Below are positions 41,623 to 52,552 of a stretch of 64,000 nucleotides of DNA, piece after piece. The DNA comes from Batkoa obscura. Lineage: Eukaryota. How positions within the stretch are numbered: the first letter of the stretch is position 1; every line of letters starts with the position of its first letter. The stretch spans positions 620,001 to 684,000 of the forward strand of contig JASVEC010000022.1 in NCBI GenBank assembly GCA_030770535.1, given 5' to 3'. The position numbers and the translations under genes are program-made. The notes under the pieces were generated by a model. It saw only the letters and a list, made by a program, of their open reading frames with translations. It did no database searches and was not told where the DNA came from.

Positions 41623-41823
41623 GGGGATGTATTTTTGTGTTTAAGAATTCTACTAACAAATTTTTCACTTAAATAGCGCTTAAAAAATAGAAAAAGTAAT
41701 GAAGCCAAAAAAAACACTCTCTTATGGGGATGTATTTTTGTATTTAAGAATTTTACTGACAATTTTTCCACATAAATAGCGCTTAAAAAATGGAAAAATA
41801 ATGAAACTAAAAAAAACAGCCCC
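41623..41823 (+). mobile_element. tandem dimer of MITE (F1 41623-41721, F2 41726-41823)
   Basis: TTAT|GGGGATGT...CACTCTC|TTAT|GGGGATGT...CAGCCCC|TTAT; the same 4-mer occurs three times. Confidence 0.9.
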
Positions 41824-42177
41824 TTATGTTATTCAGCAATTACACATTTACTTTCTATTAGCAATCCTTACTGTAATATATTATTTAATACTTATGACTT
41901 ATAGAAAAAAGATGAGAGAGTGACAAAATCAAATAAGAATGTGATAATTGAAGCAACAATTCTGCTGATACTGTTAGTGTATTCAAACTATTATTATAAA
42001 ACCAGTTTATTTTTTAAACTTCTTTTCAGTATCTTATTAAATATTAATTGATTGAATATGAGCAATGAAAAAGTGATAAAGGGCTCTAATTTGTTGGAAA
42101 CTTTGATGAATTTCATTTGTAAAGCTGTAATAAGGAAACTAGAATTTATTAAAAGAAGTATTCCAAGTAAAACATCT

Positions 42178-42276
42178 GAGGATATCTTTTTTGGCTTCAT
42201 CACTTTTTCTATCTTTTGAGCGCTATTTGGGTGGAAAAATTCTCAGTAAAATCCTTAAGCACAAGAATACCTCGCC
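42178..42276 (-). mobile_element. ~98-bp MITE copy G
   Basis: GAGGATATCTTTTTTGGCTTCATC...GAGCGCTATTTGGGTGG...AATACCTCGCC; TSD ATCT/ATCT. Confidence 0.85.
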
Positions 42277-43186
42277 ATCTAGTGAAATCATTAATGGACA
42301 AATTGATTGTATTAAAATTTTTTACCATACTAATTGGGTTGGGTTGTATGATATTAAACGTTCAGCCGTAAGTAGAAACGAAGAAAGTCTGTAATTTAGA
42401 TATTAGCGAGTGAGAAACCAAAAGGTTTGCGTCTATTGGAAAATCATATTTGATTATTGATTCTTTATGATTCTAATTTAACATCAAAATATTGCTTTTG
42501 AATTCAGTTTTTTGACTACTTGGGATTTCTCATTGTTCTCTCTCCTTATACGAAATGGTTAACCAATACCTCTTTTTTGTTTGATCAGATATTGGACTAA
42601 GTTAGTAAATATACAAAAATAATGATATGAAGTTAATATCGCTTACTAATATTATAACTCAAGTTAATAGAAAATAAAATCAATTTGAACATGTATTTTA
42701 ATGGAGAGTTTGATTAGTTATTTTTAAATCTTATGTTAAATAAAAGATGGGATACACTACATAATAACAAAAACTGGTGGACAATTTGCTAAAAATATTA
42801 GTATAATCAAAAACATAGTTTTACAACGACACAGTATTGATAATTATAGCTTTAGGAATATTTTAAAATTACCAGTAAACTTATTCAACTTAGCTAGGGT
42901 TAAATTTATAAACTTTATATGTACATTTTTATTGAGATCCTGAAGGAGCCAAAGGCCTCAAGTGTTTTGTTTGTGGGTGTGAGTTTAATAAAAATGAAAA
43001 TGGAGTTGATAATAATTAAGTGTAAAGGTGAATTAATAGTAAGGTAAAAAATGCTAGGATGAAAATTAGACAGCCGATATGACTAATTTGAAGTTAGGGA
43101 AAATGAATTTTTTTACTGCCAATCAATTTACAAGGTTTCCAAAAATCAAAACTAGGTAGAACCAAACCTTAAAGTCGTCCCCATAT

Positions 43187-43281
43187 GGGGGTATATATTT
43201 TTAAGAATTTTACTACCAATCTTTCCACTCAAATGGCACTTAAAAGATGGAAAAAGTAATAAAACCAGAAAAAACATCCTC
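43187..43281 (+). mobile_element. ~98-bp MITE copy H
   Basis: GGGGGTAT...TTAAGAATTTTACTACC...CCACTCAAATGGCACTTAAAAGATGG...AAACATCCTC; TSD ATAT/ATAT. Confidence 0.85.
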
Positions 43282-43951
43282 ATATATTAAAACTTTGCAC
43301 TATTTTATTTTTTTGATTACTATCAAAATATAAGGTCTTTATGTCTCATTATTAGTATCTCCTTTAGCTATTGAATTTCTTAAAGTTAGTTTTAGTTAAT
43401 AAAAAGAATGAAAAGTTTGGCTATCATTGCAAAAATGTAAAAGAAATGTCAACATTTAAAAATTCAAACAAATAATGCAAATTTGCCTTAAGAGAATGAA
43501 TACAACATAGTATTTTAAAACTTTAATAAAATAGTTATTTTTGTACAGGACAATATAAAATCCTACACTAATAAGGTAAAACATGGGAATGTTTTGGTTT
43601 CCTTTATGTCTATTTTTTATGCAATGTAGAATTTAAAAAGTGTTAACCAAATATTGAAGAAAGATATACTTGATATAAAATAAAATAATATTATAAAAAT
43701 TTAATTACATGTGCAACTATCTCCAGTATTCCTTTTTAACAGAGTTTCTTTATGTTGGCTTAATAAAGACTATTGTCAGCTACGTATTTTTCACTAAAGA
43801 ATTGATTTTCAACTAATAAAATTCAAAATCAAAATTTGAATCCAAGATTTAACTTTACTGATAATCTAATCAGAATCCCAAATTTCTACTTTATCCTTGA
43901 TTTTTGCAATTTTACAAAATAAAAGTAAACCAACATTTTATTTTAAAAGTA

Positions 43952-46039
43952 ATGTTTCGAATTAACAGATCCATCCAAATTCGAAGTACAAGTATAATAG
44001 ATAGACTCTATAAACTACGGAATGGCAATCAAATAATCATAAAGAGGAACAGTGGCTATGGGACCAATTCAGTATTTATTAAAGAAATAAATGAAAATCA
44101 TGGAGAAATAAACGGTGCAGAAGGTTTATTAATCGAGGATATTAAAGAGTTGACGAATTTACTACAAAAACAAGTGAAGCTAAAAGTACAGGATAGAAAT
44201 TTACATTTTGAAGCTAACATTCGATTGTTCAAATCAATAGAAGATAAGATTAAATTACATGATAATGATGTTAATAGCAGTTTACTAACAAATTACAACA
44301 GATTGTTCCAACTTTTATTTTTATTACTGAGGCATAATAAACTAGAAGGTAGTGCATATAGATTATTTAATTTGGTTCCTTTTATACTGAAGAACAGCTT
44401 AAGTATAAGTAATCATGTAAAATTGAACATGGTGGCAGTTGTAATGAATAGACTAATAAATATTGAGAAAGATGGGATAGCGTGTTCAAAAGTATATGAA
44501 CAAGTATTAAGTTCAGGACATAAAGGAAATGTATTTATATTAAATTATGCTATACAGAGTTATTTATCATTAAACCAAAGGGAGGAGGTAAAAAGGATAG
44601 TTAGAGAAATGAAACAAAGGAAGATTCGATTTAATTTGTATACGTTTAATATTTTATTAAAAGATTGTAGCCATAGAAAAGATTTCATAGAGTTTAAATA
44701 TTGGTGGCTACAGTTACAAAAGAGTAAATTAAAGTTGGATTCGTATACTAGAAGTTCGATATTATATAATTTAGTTATTCATAATAAACTAAATCTAAGT
44801 GACCAGCTATTTCAACAATATATTAGAAATCCTAAGATTGTAAATGATAACAAAGAAAGAATGATATTAATAACGATAATGATTAACACAGCTGATGATT
44901 TAGAATCTGGAATCAATTATATAAAGTTAGCATGTAAAGAGGAAATGAATTTGTTACATAGTGATACTAAGTTAATGACTACTGTTTTAAAATTATTTAT
45001 TAAATTTAATCAATTTGAAGCCAATAATCAATTATTTACTTATTTATTAAATAATCAACAAGCAAATAGTAAACATATTTACCAAATGATAGCTAATTAT
45101 TCTAAACAAAATAAATTAATAGAAGCAACTAAATTATTAACCTTACCTATAATTCATGAAGAAGATGAATTATTTTTAAATTATAAATTAATTAAAGAAT
45201 TTTCAATCAAATTTTCAACAAATGATTTATTAAAAACAACACAATTAATTAAATATAATAATAATAAAAATAGTAATAATAATAATAAATTGTATTTTGG
45301 TATTTATCATACCATACTAAAAACATTATTATATCGTATAGAATCATATCAACCAATTAAAAAGAAATCCAGTGATCATAAGAGACAAATGGAATATTAT
45401 ACGTCTTTGTTAATTGAAAGGATGGTAGATTATAACTTAATAAACTCAGTATCAACAAATGATTTAGATTTGCGTACTATTACTTTATTAGCAAAGGCAT
45501 ACCTTTATCTTAATGAATATGAAAAAGCAGATAAATTAATTAAACCATATTTCAATGAGATAGAAGATGAAGATTATTATTTAATAATGAATACACATCC
45601 ATTACTTGCCACCAAAAAGAGAATATCAACAAGTACATTATTATATAATTTAATTGAAACTAAGTTACCTAAATTTAATACAAATAAACAGAAAGGAAGC
45701 AGGAATTTAAATAATAAAGTAGAACTGGTGGATGTTTATATATTGGAAATTAAAATGCAAATATTAATTTCTTATCAAAAATATCAACGAGTATTTTTAT
45801 TATATCATTATTATAAAAATAATTCAAAAATTAAAAACTCCATTGATTTTTTAATCCATTCTTTATACGCTCTACATTCTTTAGATACCACTACTTTTAA
45901 TGAAATGAGTAAACAAAAATTAATTTTAAATTTATTAAAAAAAATTGATGTTCTCTTCCCAACAAACAAACAGTTGATCTTAAAGAGAGTGAATTTGTTT
46001 TATTCTAATGATCCTGAGTTTATTGATATTTACTTTTAA
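43952..46039 (+). CDS. pentatricopeptide-repeat (PPR) protein, probably mitochondrial; single exon
   Basis: 35-aa PPR-like units (NVFILNYAIQSY...EMKQRKIRF-NLYTFNILLKDC...LQKSKLKL-DSYTRSSIL). Arg/Ser-rich N-terminus MFRINRSIQIRS. Confidence 0.8.
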   Translation: MFRINRSIQIRSTSIIDRLYKLRNGNQIIIKRNSGYGTNSVFIKEINENHGEINGAEGLLIEDIKELTNLLQKQVKLKVQDRNLHFEANIRLFKSIEDKIKLHDNDVNSSLLTNYNRLFQLLFLLLRHNKLEGSAYRLFNLVPFILKNSLSISNHVKLNMVAVVMNRLINIEKDGIACSKVYEQVLSSGHKGNVFILNYAIQSYLSLNQREEVKRIVREMKQRKIRFNLYTFNILLKDCSHRKDFIEFKYWWLQLQKSKLKLDSYTRSSILYNLVIHNKLNLSDQLFQQYIRNPKIVNDNKERMILITIMINTADDLESGINYIKLACKEEMNLLHSDTKLMTTVLKLFIKFNQFEANNQLFTYLLNNQQANSKHIYQMIANYSKQNKLIEATKLLTLPIIHEEDELFLNYKLIKEFSIKFSTNDLLKTTQLIKYNNNKNSNNNNKLYFGIYHTILKTLLYRIESYQPIKKKSSDHKRQMEYYTSLLIERMVDYNLINSVSTNDLDLRTITLLAKAYLYLNEYEKADKLIKPYFNEIEDEDYYLIMNTHPLLATKKRISTSTLLYNLIETKLPKFNTNKQKGSRNLNNKVELVDVYILEIKMQILISYQKYQRVFLLYHYYKNNSKIKNSIDFLIHSLYALHSLDTTTFNEMSKQKLILNLLKKIDVLFPTNKQLILKRVNLFYSNDPEFIDIYF

Positions 46040-46214
46040 TAAAGTTATAATAAAAGTTGACCTATTTAATTTTATATCTTTCTTTTGTGTTTATTTTATT
46101 TAAAGTTTCATTTTCAAATTTAATTATTTTATTACATATTATATCATTTCTATTATTTTTTACCTTAATTGTAATTTAATAACACATATTAACAATCAAA
46201 TTCTATACTTTTAT

Positions 46215-47417
46215 TTATTTTTTAGGTTGAAACATCTGAGCTTCTTTCATCTGTAATATACGTTTTTTATCCTCTTCAAACTGGGATCTCAAGTTGGCCA
46301 ATTCTAAAAAATGAAGTATAAGTAACCAATCTAACAAGATAATAATCAAAAAATACTTACGCTGCTTTTTAAAATTCTTGGTTTCAAACCTATAAAAATT
46401 AGCAATGGGTACTGGTTTACCAAAACCTTCTAATTCGACTTTTTGTTTTATAATTTTTGCTTTTTTATGGCTTATTGCTTTCACTGTAGCTGAACCTGAA
46501 GTATGTGTACCGCGTGTGGTCACCTTTACAAACCCATCTTCATCGGGAAGATCATAAACTCTATCAGCTTCATATTTTTGAACTTCGAGATGATGTTGGT
46601 ACTCGGTAACGAATTCATTCGCATATGCCATTAATGCTTCAGAGCTTGGACGACTTATATTGTATTTATTGATCCAACCTAAAATGAGATTATGATTATC
46701 AAAATACTTTATGTTTTATATAATAAACTTACGCAATAAACCACTATTTTCTTTGTTTGATCTTTCAGGTACTATGGTAGCTAATTCTTCATTGATTATG
46801 TTATTTTGGTTATCAGCTTTAAGTCTCAAGTTTAACAAGTAATTCATATCTTCTATAGTGTTAAAACTAGCATAGGCAAAGCTTGGAAATTTAATTAATT
46901 GGTAATCTAATACAGTCTCTTTGATAGCAAATAAAGGATCTAAAGTCCTAACGGTAGTTGTATTTTTCTTACGAAATTCGACATTTCCTTTACTTCCTTT
47001 ATCTCCATTACTTTCATTACAATGAATATGAATTTTATTGACACTTATTTTCTTAGTTTTATTAGAGTTTTGTAATACATTTTTAACATCTTTTTCAACA
47101 AAATCAACTGGTAAATTATAAAAAAATAAAGTACGTTCTGTTGGGAAATTGACGGGATTTAACCCAATTGGAAAACTACTTGCAGTTGAATGTTTCTTAA
47201 AATAGATGTAATTTACTTGTTTTTTACCATCGATATTTTTAATGTTATATGGTAATATTTTAAACCCTTTAATTTCTTTTAACTCAATTTCATTCTCCCT
47301 TTTATTTGTTTGCTTCTTTTCTGTCTTTTTCCCTTGTCCTATCTTACTCAAGGTGGGCTGACTTTTAACATCCTTCTTGAATGTCTCTTTTTTATTTTTT
47401 GTTACTTTTACTTTCAT
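46215..47417 (-). CDS. RRP7: ribosomal RNA-processing protein Rrp7, 3 exons
   Basis: RTLFFYNLPVD N-terminal RRM-like motif, PDEDGFVKV, NFYRFE and LRSQFEEDKKRI..MK...FQP. Confidence 0.9.
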
Positions 47418-48370
47418 CTTTTTGATATTATTACAAAAAATAAAATTTGATAATTTTATTTGGATGCTGAAATTTGCAACTTTAGGTTCTATCTTTTTGC
47501 AGTTCTTCGTTGAAAAACATTTCTAGAATCTGTTGCATTCAGATGCTTTTGTTATTTTTTTTAATTTAATATAAATTACTTTTGCAGTAAGATTATGATG
47601 TTATTTAACGTGTTAGGCTTTAGATTCAATATAAAAGAGTTTGGTAGCAAATTAAGAGGGAATAAAAGCATCTAAATGCAATCAGTTTTAACATATCCTT
47701 TACTTTTGCATAAAATTTAAAGCTAATTTAATTTAATATATTAATTAATATTTTAATGTTAGCCTTATTAATTTTTTCAATATCAATATAAAAGCACATT
47801 TAAATATGGAACTATTACTTAAATATATAAAATATTAAATTATTAATCCAAGGAATTGTTGGCAACTAATTAGTTAAATTAATAGATAACCAAACAAACG
47901 TTTAAAATTCATTAAGTAAAATTTAGCAGGTATTGGGGTTGCAACTTTTTTGCTTTTTTAGCGGAAATTTTTATATTTATTTATATTTATTTTTTTAAAC
48001 CTTGATTCTTATCAATATCTAGTTTCAATCCAAATTTATTTCTTAAATAAATAAGTCGTAAAAGAATTACAACAGCTAGGTATTTTTTGAAAAAAATTCT
48101 ATTTATAGTTCAATTTAAGAACAAAAATTCAAAATTCACTTAAATTTCGATGAAATAAGCAACGTTCCCAATATTAAGACATAATAATTTATTATCCACT
48201 GTCTTAGAACTTAATTTGATTGGCTACAAAAGCTATGAGCACCACTGGACACTGGAGAAATGATATATTTTGTTAAAAGAATATATTAACTAATACTTAA
48301 AATTAATGAATTAATAACTCCATTTTCTATTTTCAATAACTTAATCTCATTAATAAATACCATAAAAAAA

Positions 48371-50329
48371 ATGCAACTACTATCCATCTATCTAATAATA
48401 TTAACTTATGTTACATTGCTGTATCAATCGGCCATCACATTAAACAGTAAGCGAGTGGATGCCTGTAGTAATAATGAAGTGAATGTGGTTGATTTATATT
48501 CCATGAAAGTAACTATAGACACAGCTGAAAAAAGTATAAGCTTTGCTGTTTCTGGTAAAGCAAATCAAGTAGTTGAATCGGGTAAAGTAAAACTAAGTTT
48601 TTCTTTATTTGATAAAGATTTATTCAATATGGATTTGGATGTTTGTAAGTTAGCGGCGGATAAAGGTGGTTGTCCATTGAAACAAGCGCCTTTTTCAAAT
48701 TCAGTAACTACTCCAATACCTGGCGAGATCCCGGATGTAGCTGATATATTAGCTCGTGTACCTGGTGTGGATTTAAATGTAGCTGTAAGGTTAGAAAATG
48801 CCGATGGTAATCCATTAGGTTGTTATGCCGTTGGCTTAGCTAATGATGTCTCAGTTTATACACGTGGTACTGAAGCAGGTACAGTAGTAGTAGCTTCAGC
48901 AGCTGCAGGTGGGGCATTTTTAGCTTCTTTAGGTAGTTTTATTGGTACTGCTGGAGGTGCAGCTGCTGGGTCAGCTTTATCTCAAGCTCGACCAACAACA
49001 ACAACACCTAACTTTGGGGATGTTATTGGTACATTTCAATTTTTAGCTACCACTGGTATGTTATCTTTAAATTATCCAAGAGTCTATCATGAGTTTACTT
49101 GTAATTTTGGTTGGTCGATGGGTGCTATTCGATTAGGACCTATTGAAAAAGCATTAGAAAGCTTTCGTGGAAATGATAATGTATCAAGAGAAAGTGGTAA
49201 ACTGTTAAGAAGATTAGATTTATTACCTAATGCTAATGCTACTAATTATTCCCAATTATCTGGTATTGAAAATTATGCAGCTAAATTGAAAATTGATCCT
49301 AAAAATTATTTTATGACTGTATTGATTATTTATATGATTGTTATGGCTGCACTTACTGGTGCTTGTTTATTATTTCGATTGATATTAGAAATTTTATCCA
49401 AATATAAGCCCAAATTGTTTACCAATTTACGTAATCACTTTGCTTTATATTATGTGGGCAATTTATTAAGAGTATTTGTATTATGTTATTTCTTTTTAGC
49501 AACTGCAGCTATATATCAATTTACACAAAATGATATTTGGCCCATTACTTTATTAGCTGCAATTGTACTTGGTTTATTTTGTATAGCTTTAATTAGTTTT
49601 GTTACTTTTAGAGTCATTCGAAATGGTGCTGACAAATTATATTCTTTCCCCAATTTACAATACAAATATGGTTCATTATATATTGACTATAGACCTTCCG
49701 TTTATACTTTCTTTATCGTTGTCTTAGTTGCTGCTGTTATACGTGCTATTGCTGTTGGTTTATTATCGAAAAATGTATGGGCTCAAATGAGTATTTTGAT
49801 TGTTACAGAAATTATGTTCTTTTTTGCTTTATTTTTCTTTCGACCTTATGCTAGTAAGGCAAGTAATGGGTTGATGATCTTTGTATCAGTAATGAGGGTG
49901 ATTAATACTGGATTATTATTTGCTTTTATTGAATCTGTGTTTATATCAGAATTAGCCAGAGCCATTATTGGCTATGCCTTAGTGATTACTCAAGCGCTTA
50001 TAATAGCAGCAATAGTTATCTTTACACTATGGTCTTTATTTATTACCATTCGTAAATTTGTTCAACAACATAAACAAAGTAAACAAGAATTAAGTCGATC
50101 AGATTCCAACCGTTCAAGTCATCCACTTAACAGAGATAGTAATATATCTAGATCACAAAGCTTTTTAGAAGAAATTGAAGATTCTAAACCACCTTCAATT
50201 TTCCGTTCTCGTTCTAAAGCTTTTGAAGATCATGAAAAAGGGCTTTATACTCCGCCTACTGAAAATGAAAGCCATGATTTAGATCATTTAGTTACTACTC
50301 CGGATCAAACAAAAGCTAAAGTTTATTAA
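48371..50329 (+). CDS. fungal TRP-like / FLC (Pkd2, flavin carrier) family membrane protein with N-terminal ML-like domain; single exon
   Basis: Signal peptide; ML-like domain (DVC...CP...RVPGVD..V......LGC); FQFLATTGMLSLNYPRVYHEFTCNFGWSMG, KYGSLY..Y, RPY..K..N; multiple TM helices. Confidence 0.9.
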   Translation: MQLLSIYLIILTYVTLLYQSAITLNSKRVDACSNNEVNVVDLYSMKVTIDTAEKSISFAVSGKANQVVESGKVKLSFSLFDKDLFNMDLDVCKLAADKGGCPLKQAPFSNSVTTPIPGEIPDVADILARVPGVDLNVAVRLENADGNPLGCYAVGLANDVSVYTRGTEAGTVVVASAAAGGAFLASLGSFIGTAGGAAAGSALSQARPTTTTPNFGDVIGTFQFLATTGMLSLNYPRVYHEFTCNFGWSMGAIRLGPIEKALESFRGNDNVSRESGKLLRRLDLLPNANATNYSQLSGIENYAAKLKIDPKNYFMTVLIIYMIVMAALTGACLLFRLILEILSKYKPKLFTNLRNHFALYYVGNLLRVFVLCYFFLATAAIYQFTQNDIWPITLLAAIVLGLFCIALISFVTFRVIRNGADKLYSFPNLQYKYGSLYIDYRPSVYTFFIVVLVAAVIRAIAVGLLSKNVWAQMSILIVTEIMFFFALFFFRPYASKASNGLMIFVSVMRVINTGLLFAFIESVFISELARAIIGYALVITQALIIAAIVIFTLWSLFITIRKFVQQHKQSKQELSRSDSNRSSHPLNRDSNISRSQSFLEEIEDSKPPSIFRSRSKAFEDHEKGLYTPPTENESHDLDHLVTTPDQTKAKVY

Positions 50330-50666
50330 ATTAAAAAATAACAACTCTTTTGGATTTGGTTCATCTCTTAATAAACTTGATGTTATTTTTATAATTTCTG
50401 TAGTTTTTATAACTTTTATTATTACTAATTTGGAGAACTTTTATTAATTTTTTAACAATTCTATCTCTTGCTTATAAATCTATAATAATACAATGACACT
50501 AATTTTTAATTACCCACATTCCACCAATAAAGTTTTATTTTCGGTAAAACACCTCAGCTATGAATAAAAGCCAAAAAGATGAATATAAAAAGCTAATAAA
50601 CTTTTAATTTAATTTTTTTAATTACAATAAAAAAACATAATTAACATAATATAATATAAATATAAA

Positions 50667-51497
50667 ATGAGTGTTTCAAGTGATCCAACAATTAATCGTA
50701 AACCGCAAGAAGATAACTTAGTTATATCTCCTCCATTTCCAAAGTTATTAAAAAATACCGTAGTTAAAGGCTTTGGTAGAGGTAGTAAAGAATTAGGGAT
50801 ACCTACTGGTAAGTTATTTATTATATACTATTATTAAAACTAAATATGATAATAAAATCCTTTCAAGTATAGAATCAATCTAATTAATTAAATCAATAAA
50901 ACTAATTATTTTTCTCTTTCTTTTTATTAGCAAATTATCCCCAAGATTATGTAGATAGTGCCTCCCTTGATGAATTGAGTCCTGGTATTTATTATGGGTA
51001 TTCAAAAGTGTATTCCAATCAAGATGATAATGAAAAACAAACTGGGGAAGATGAGATATTACCTATGGTAATGTCTTTAGGTTATAATCCATTTTATAAA
51101 AATGAAAAACTATCAGCGGTAAGTTTTTTTAAATTGATCTAGTTGCTAGTATGTTAAAATCATAGTATGACTATTTTTATTAAATGTTTTCACTTAGTAT
51201 ATTTTTATTTAGCTAATATTTATATTAACATTTCATTTTCAATAGGAAGTTCATGTATTACATTCTTTTGAAAAAGATTTTTATGGTCAACAAATGGCTA
51301 CATTGGTACTTGGTTATATAAGACCAGAAAGGAGTTATGATGGTTTAGGTAAATTTATTAATAATTATAAAACCTTTTCTCATTCTTTTCTTTTAGATGC
51401 TTTAATCCAAGATATTCAGTTTGATATAACTTTTGCTAAAAAAAGTTTATTATTAGAATCTTATAAAAAAGAGCATTTTTTAACTTATTTCGAATAA
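50667..51497 (+). CDS. FMN1: riboflavin kinase, 4 exons
   Basis: [58 protein letters not shown] and LIQDIQFDI. Confidence 0.97.
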
Positions 51498-51674
51498 AAA
51501 AGTAAGAAGTAAAAAATTTTAGATGTTTTTCTCTTTTAAATAATGTTTATTTTTTTTACACAGTATCAAGATTCTTATACAATAATAAACTAGCCTTTCA
51601 TTTATACACAATATGACCCAAAAACTTTATCACTTATTCATAATAAATTTTCATCCTTCATCCTTCATCCTAAA

Positions 51675-52119
51675 TTACTCCCAAACCACTTTCTTTTTGC
51701 TCCAATTTTTCCCTTGGCTTTTCTTCCCATGCGCAATACTAACCACACCATCATTTTCAATCTCTTGAATATAACTATTATAGGCTTTTTCGCTTAAAAA
51801 AGCAGCTTTAAATGTTTGTGGCATAGTAGCCGAAAATCCATTTAATACCAGATCATAAACATGGTCAATGGTACCACCAGAGCAAATGATTTCTTTTTTG
51901 GCTGACTCAATGACGGAAGTGGGAGTATTAGATTTGAAGCTAAAGATATAACTACTGTATATTGGTTTTGGATCTATATTGGAAGGGTTAATTTACTTAA
52001 TTAATTCAAAGCATATAAGAATTACCTGATAATGTTAATAATAGTTCATTACAATCATTGTTTTTATTCGCTTTTATCAAACTGATAAATAATGGTAATA
52101 ATAATTGATTTGGTTGCAT
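51675..52119 (-). CDS. stand-alone peptidase inhibitor I9 (subtilisin propeptide-like, POIA1/Pbi2-type) with signal peptide, 2 exons
   Basis: Spliced MQPNQLLLPLFISLIKA...YIFSFKSNTPTSVIESAKKEIICSGGTIDHVYDLVLNGFSATMP...IQEIENDGVVSI...WE*. Absent from the ORF track. Confidence 0.8.
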
Positions 52120-52552
52120 TCTTTATTGATTTCTTTTATTTTAACTATTAATCTTCTTTAAATACTAACTTTAATCCTAAACTGAAAAAATAAAATAACT
52201 TAAAAAACTTAAAATTTCCAAGCTTTTATTTTAGCTTATAAAAAATCATCTGTTTAACTATGCCACTAAAATTTAATGCTTATCAATTACCATTTTTTCA
52301 TTGGTTATTTGAAATTTAACTGATATTGAATTTTTTAAACTTAGTTTATAACTATTATTACATCATCCGATTTCAAATTAATCCCTGTAACACCAAAAAA
52401 CATCATTTCAATATTTCAACTAACAAAAATAAATTTTCCAATTTAATTATCTTAATTCAAAAACCTTAAATACAATTTAATTCCTTGCATACTACCAATA
52501 AACTAAAAATATTATCATATCCTTTAGCTTTTATTCATTGGTTCTATATTTT

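Noticed and set aside
41623..41823. CRISPR-like or satellite array
   Set aside because: Only two ~98-bp units, no spacers, eukaryotic context; explained by the MITE dimer.
43585..43672. Additional very old MITE copies (43585-43672, 39655-39735)
   Set aside because: Only the first ~20 bp resemble the consensus; too degenerate to call by eye.
46304..46360. Stop-free 3n introns (PRE5 888-932, RRP7 46304-46360, ARB1 63505-63552) as regulated retention
   Set aside because: With dozens of short introns a few stopless 3n cases are expected by chance; they mainly explain extra residues in the ORF track.
50809..51245. FMN riboswitch in the longer-than-usual FMN1 introns
   Set aside because: The introns are nearly pure A/T and lack the conserved GC-rich RFN motifs.
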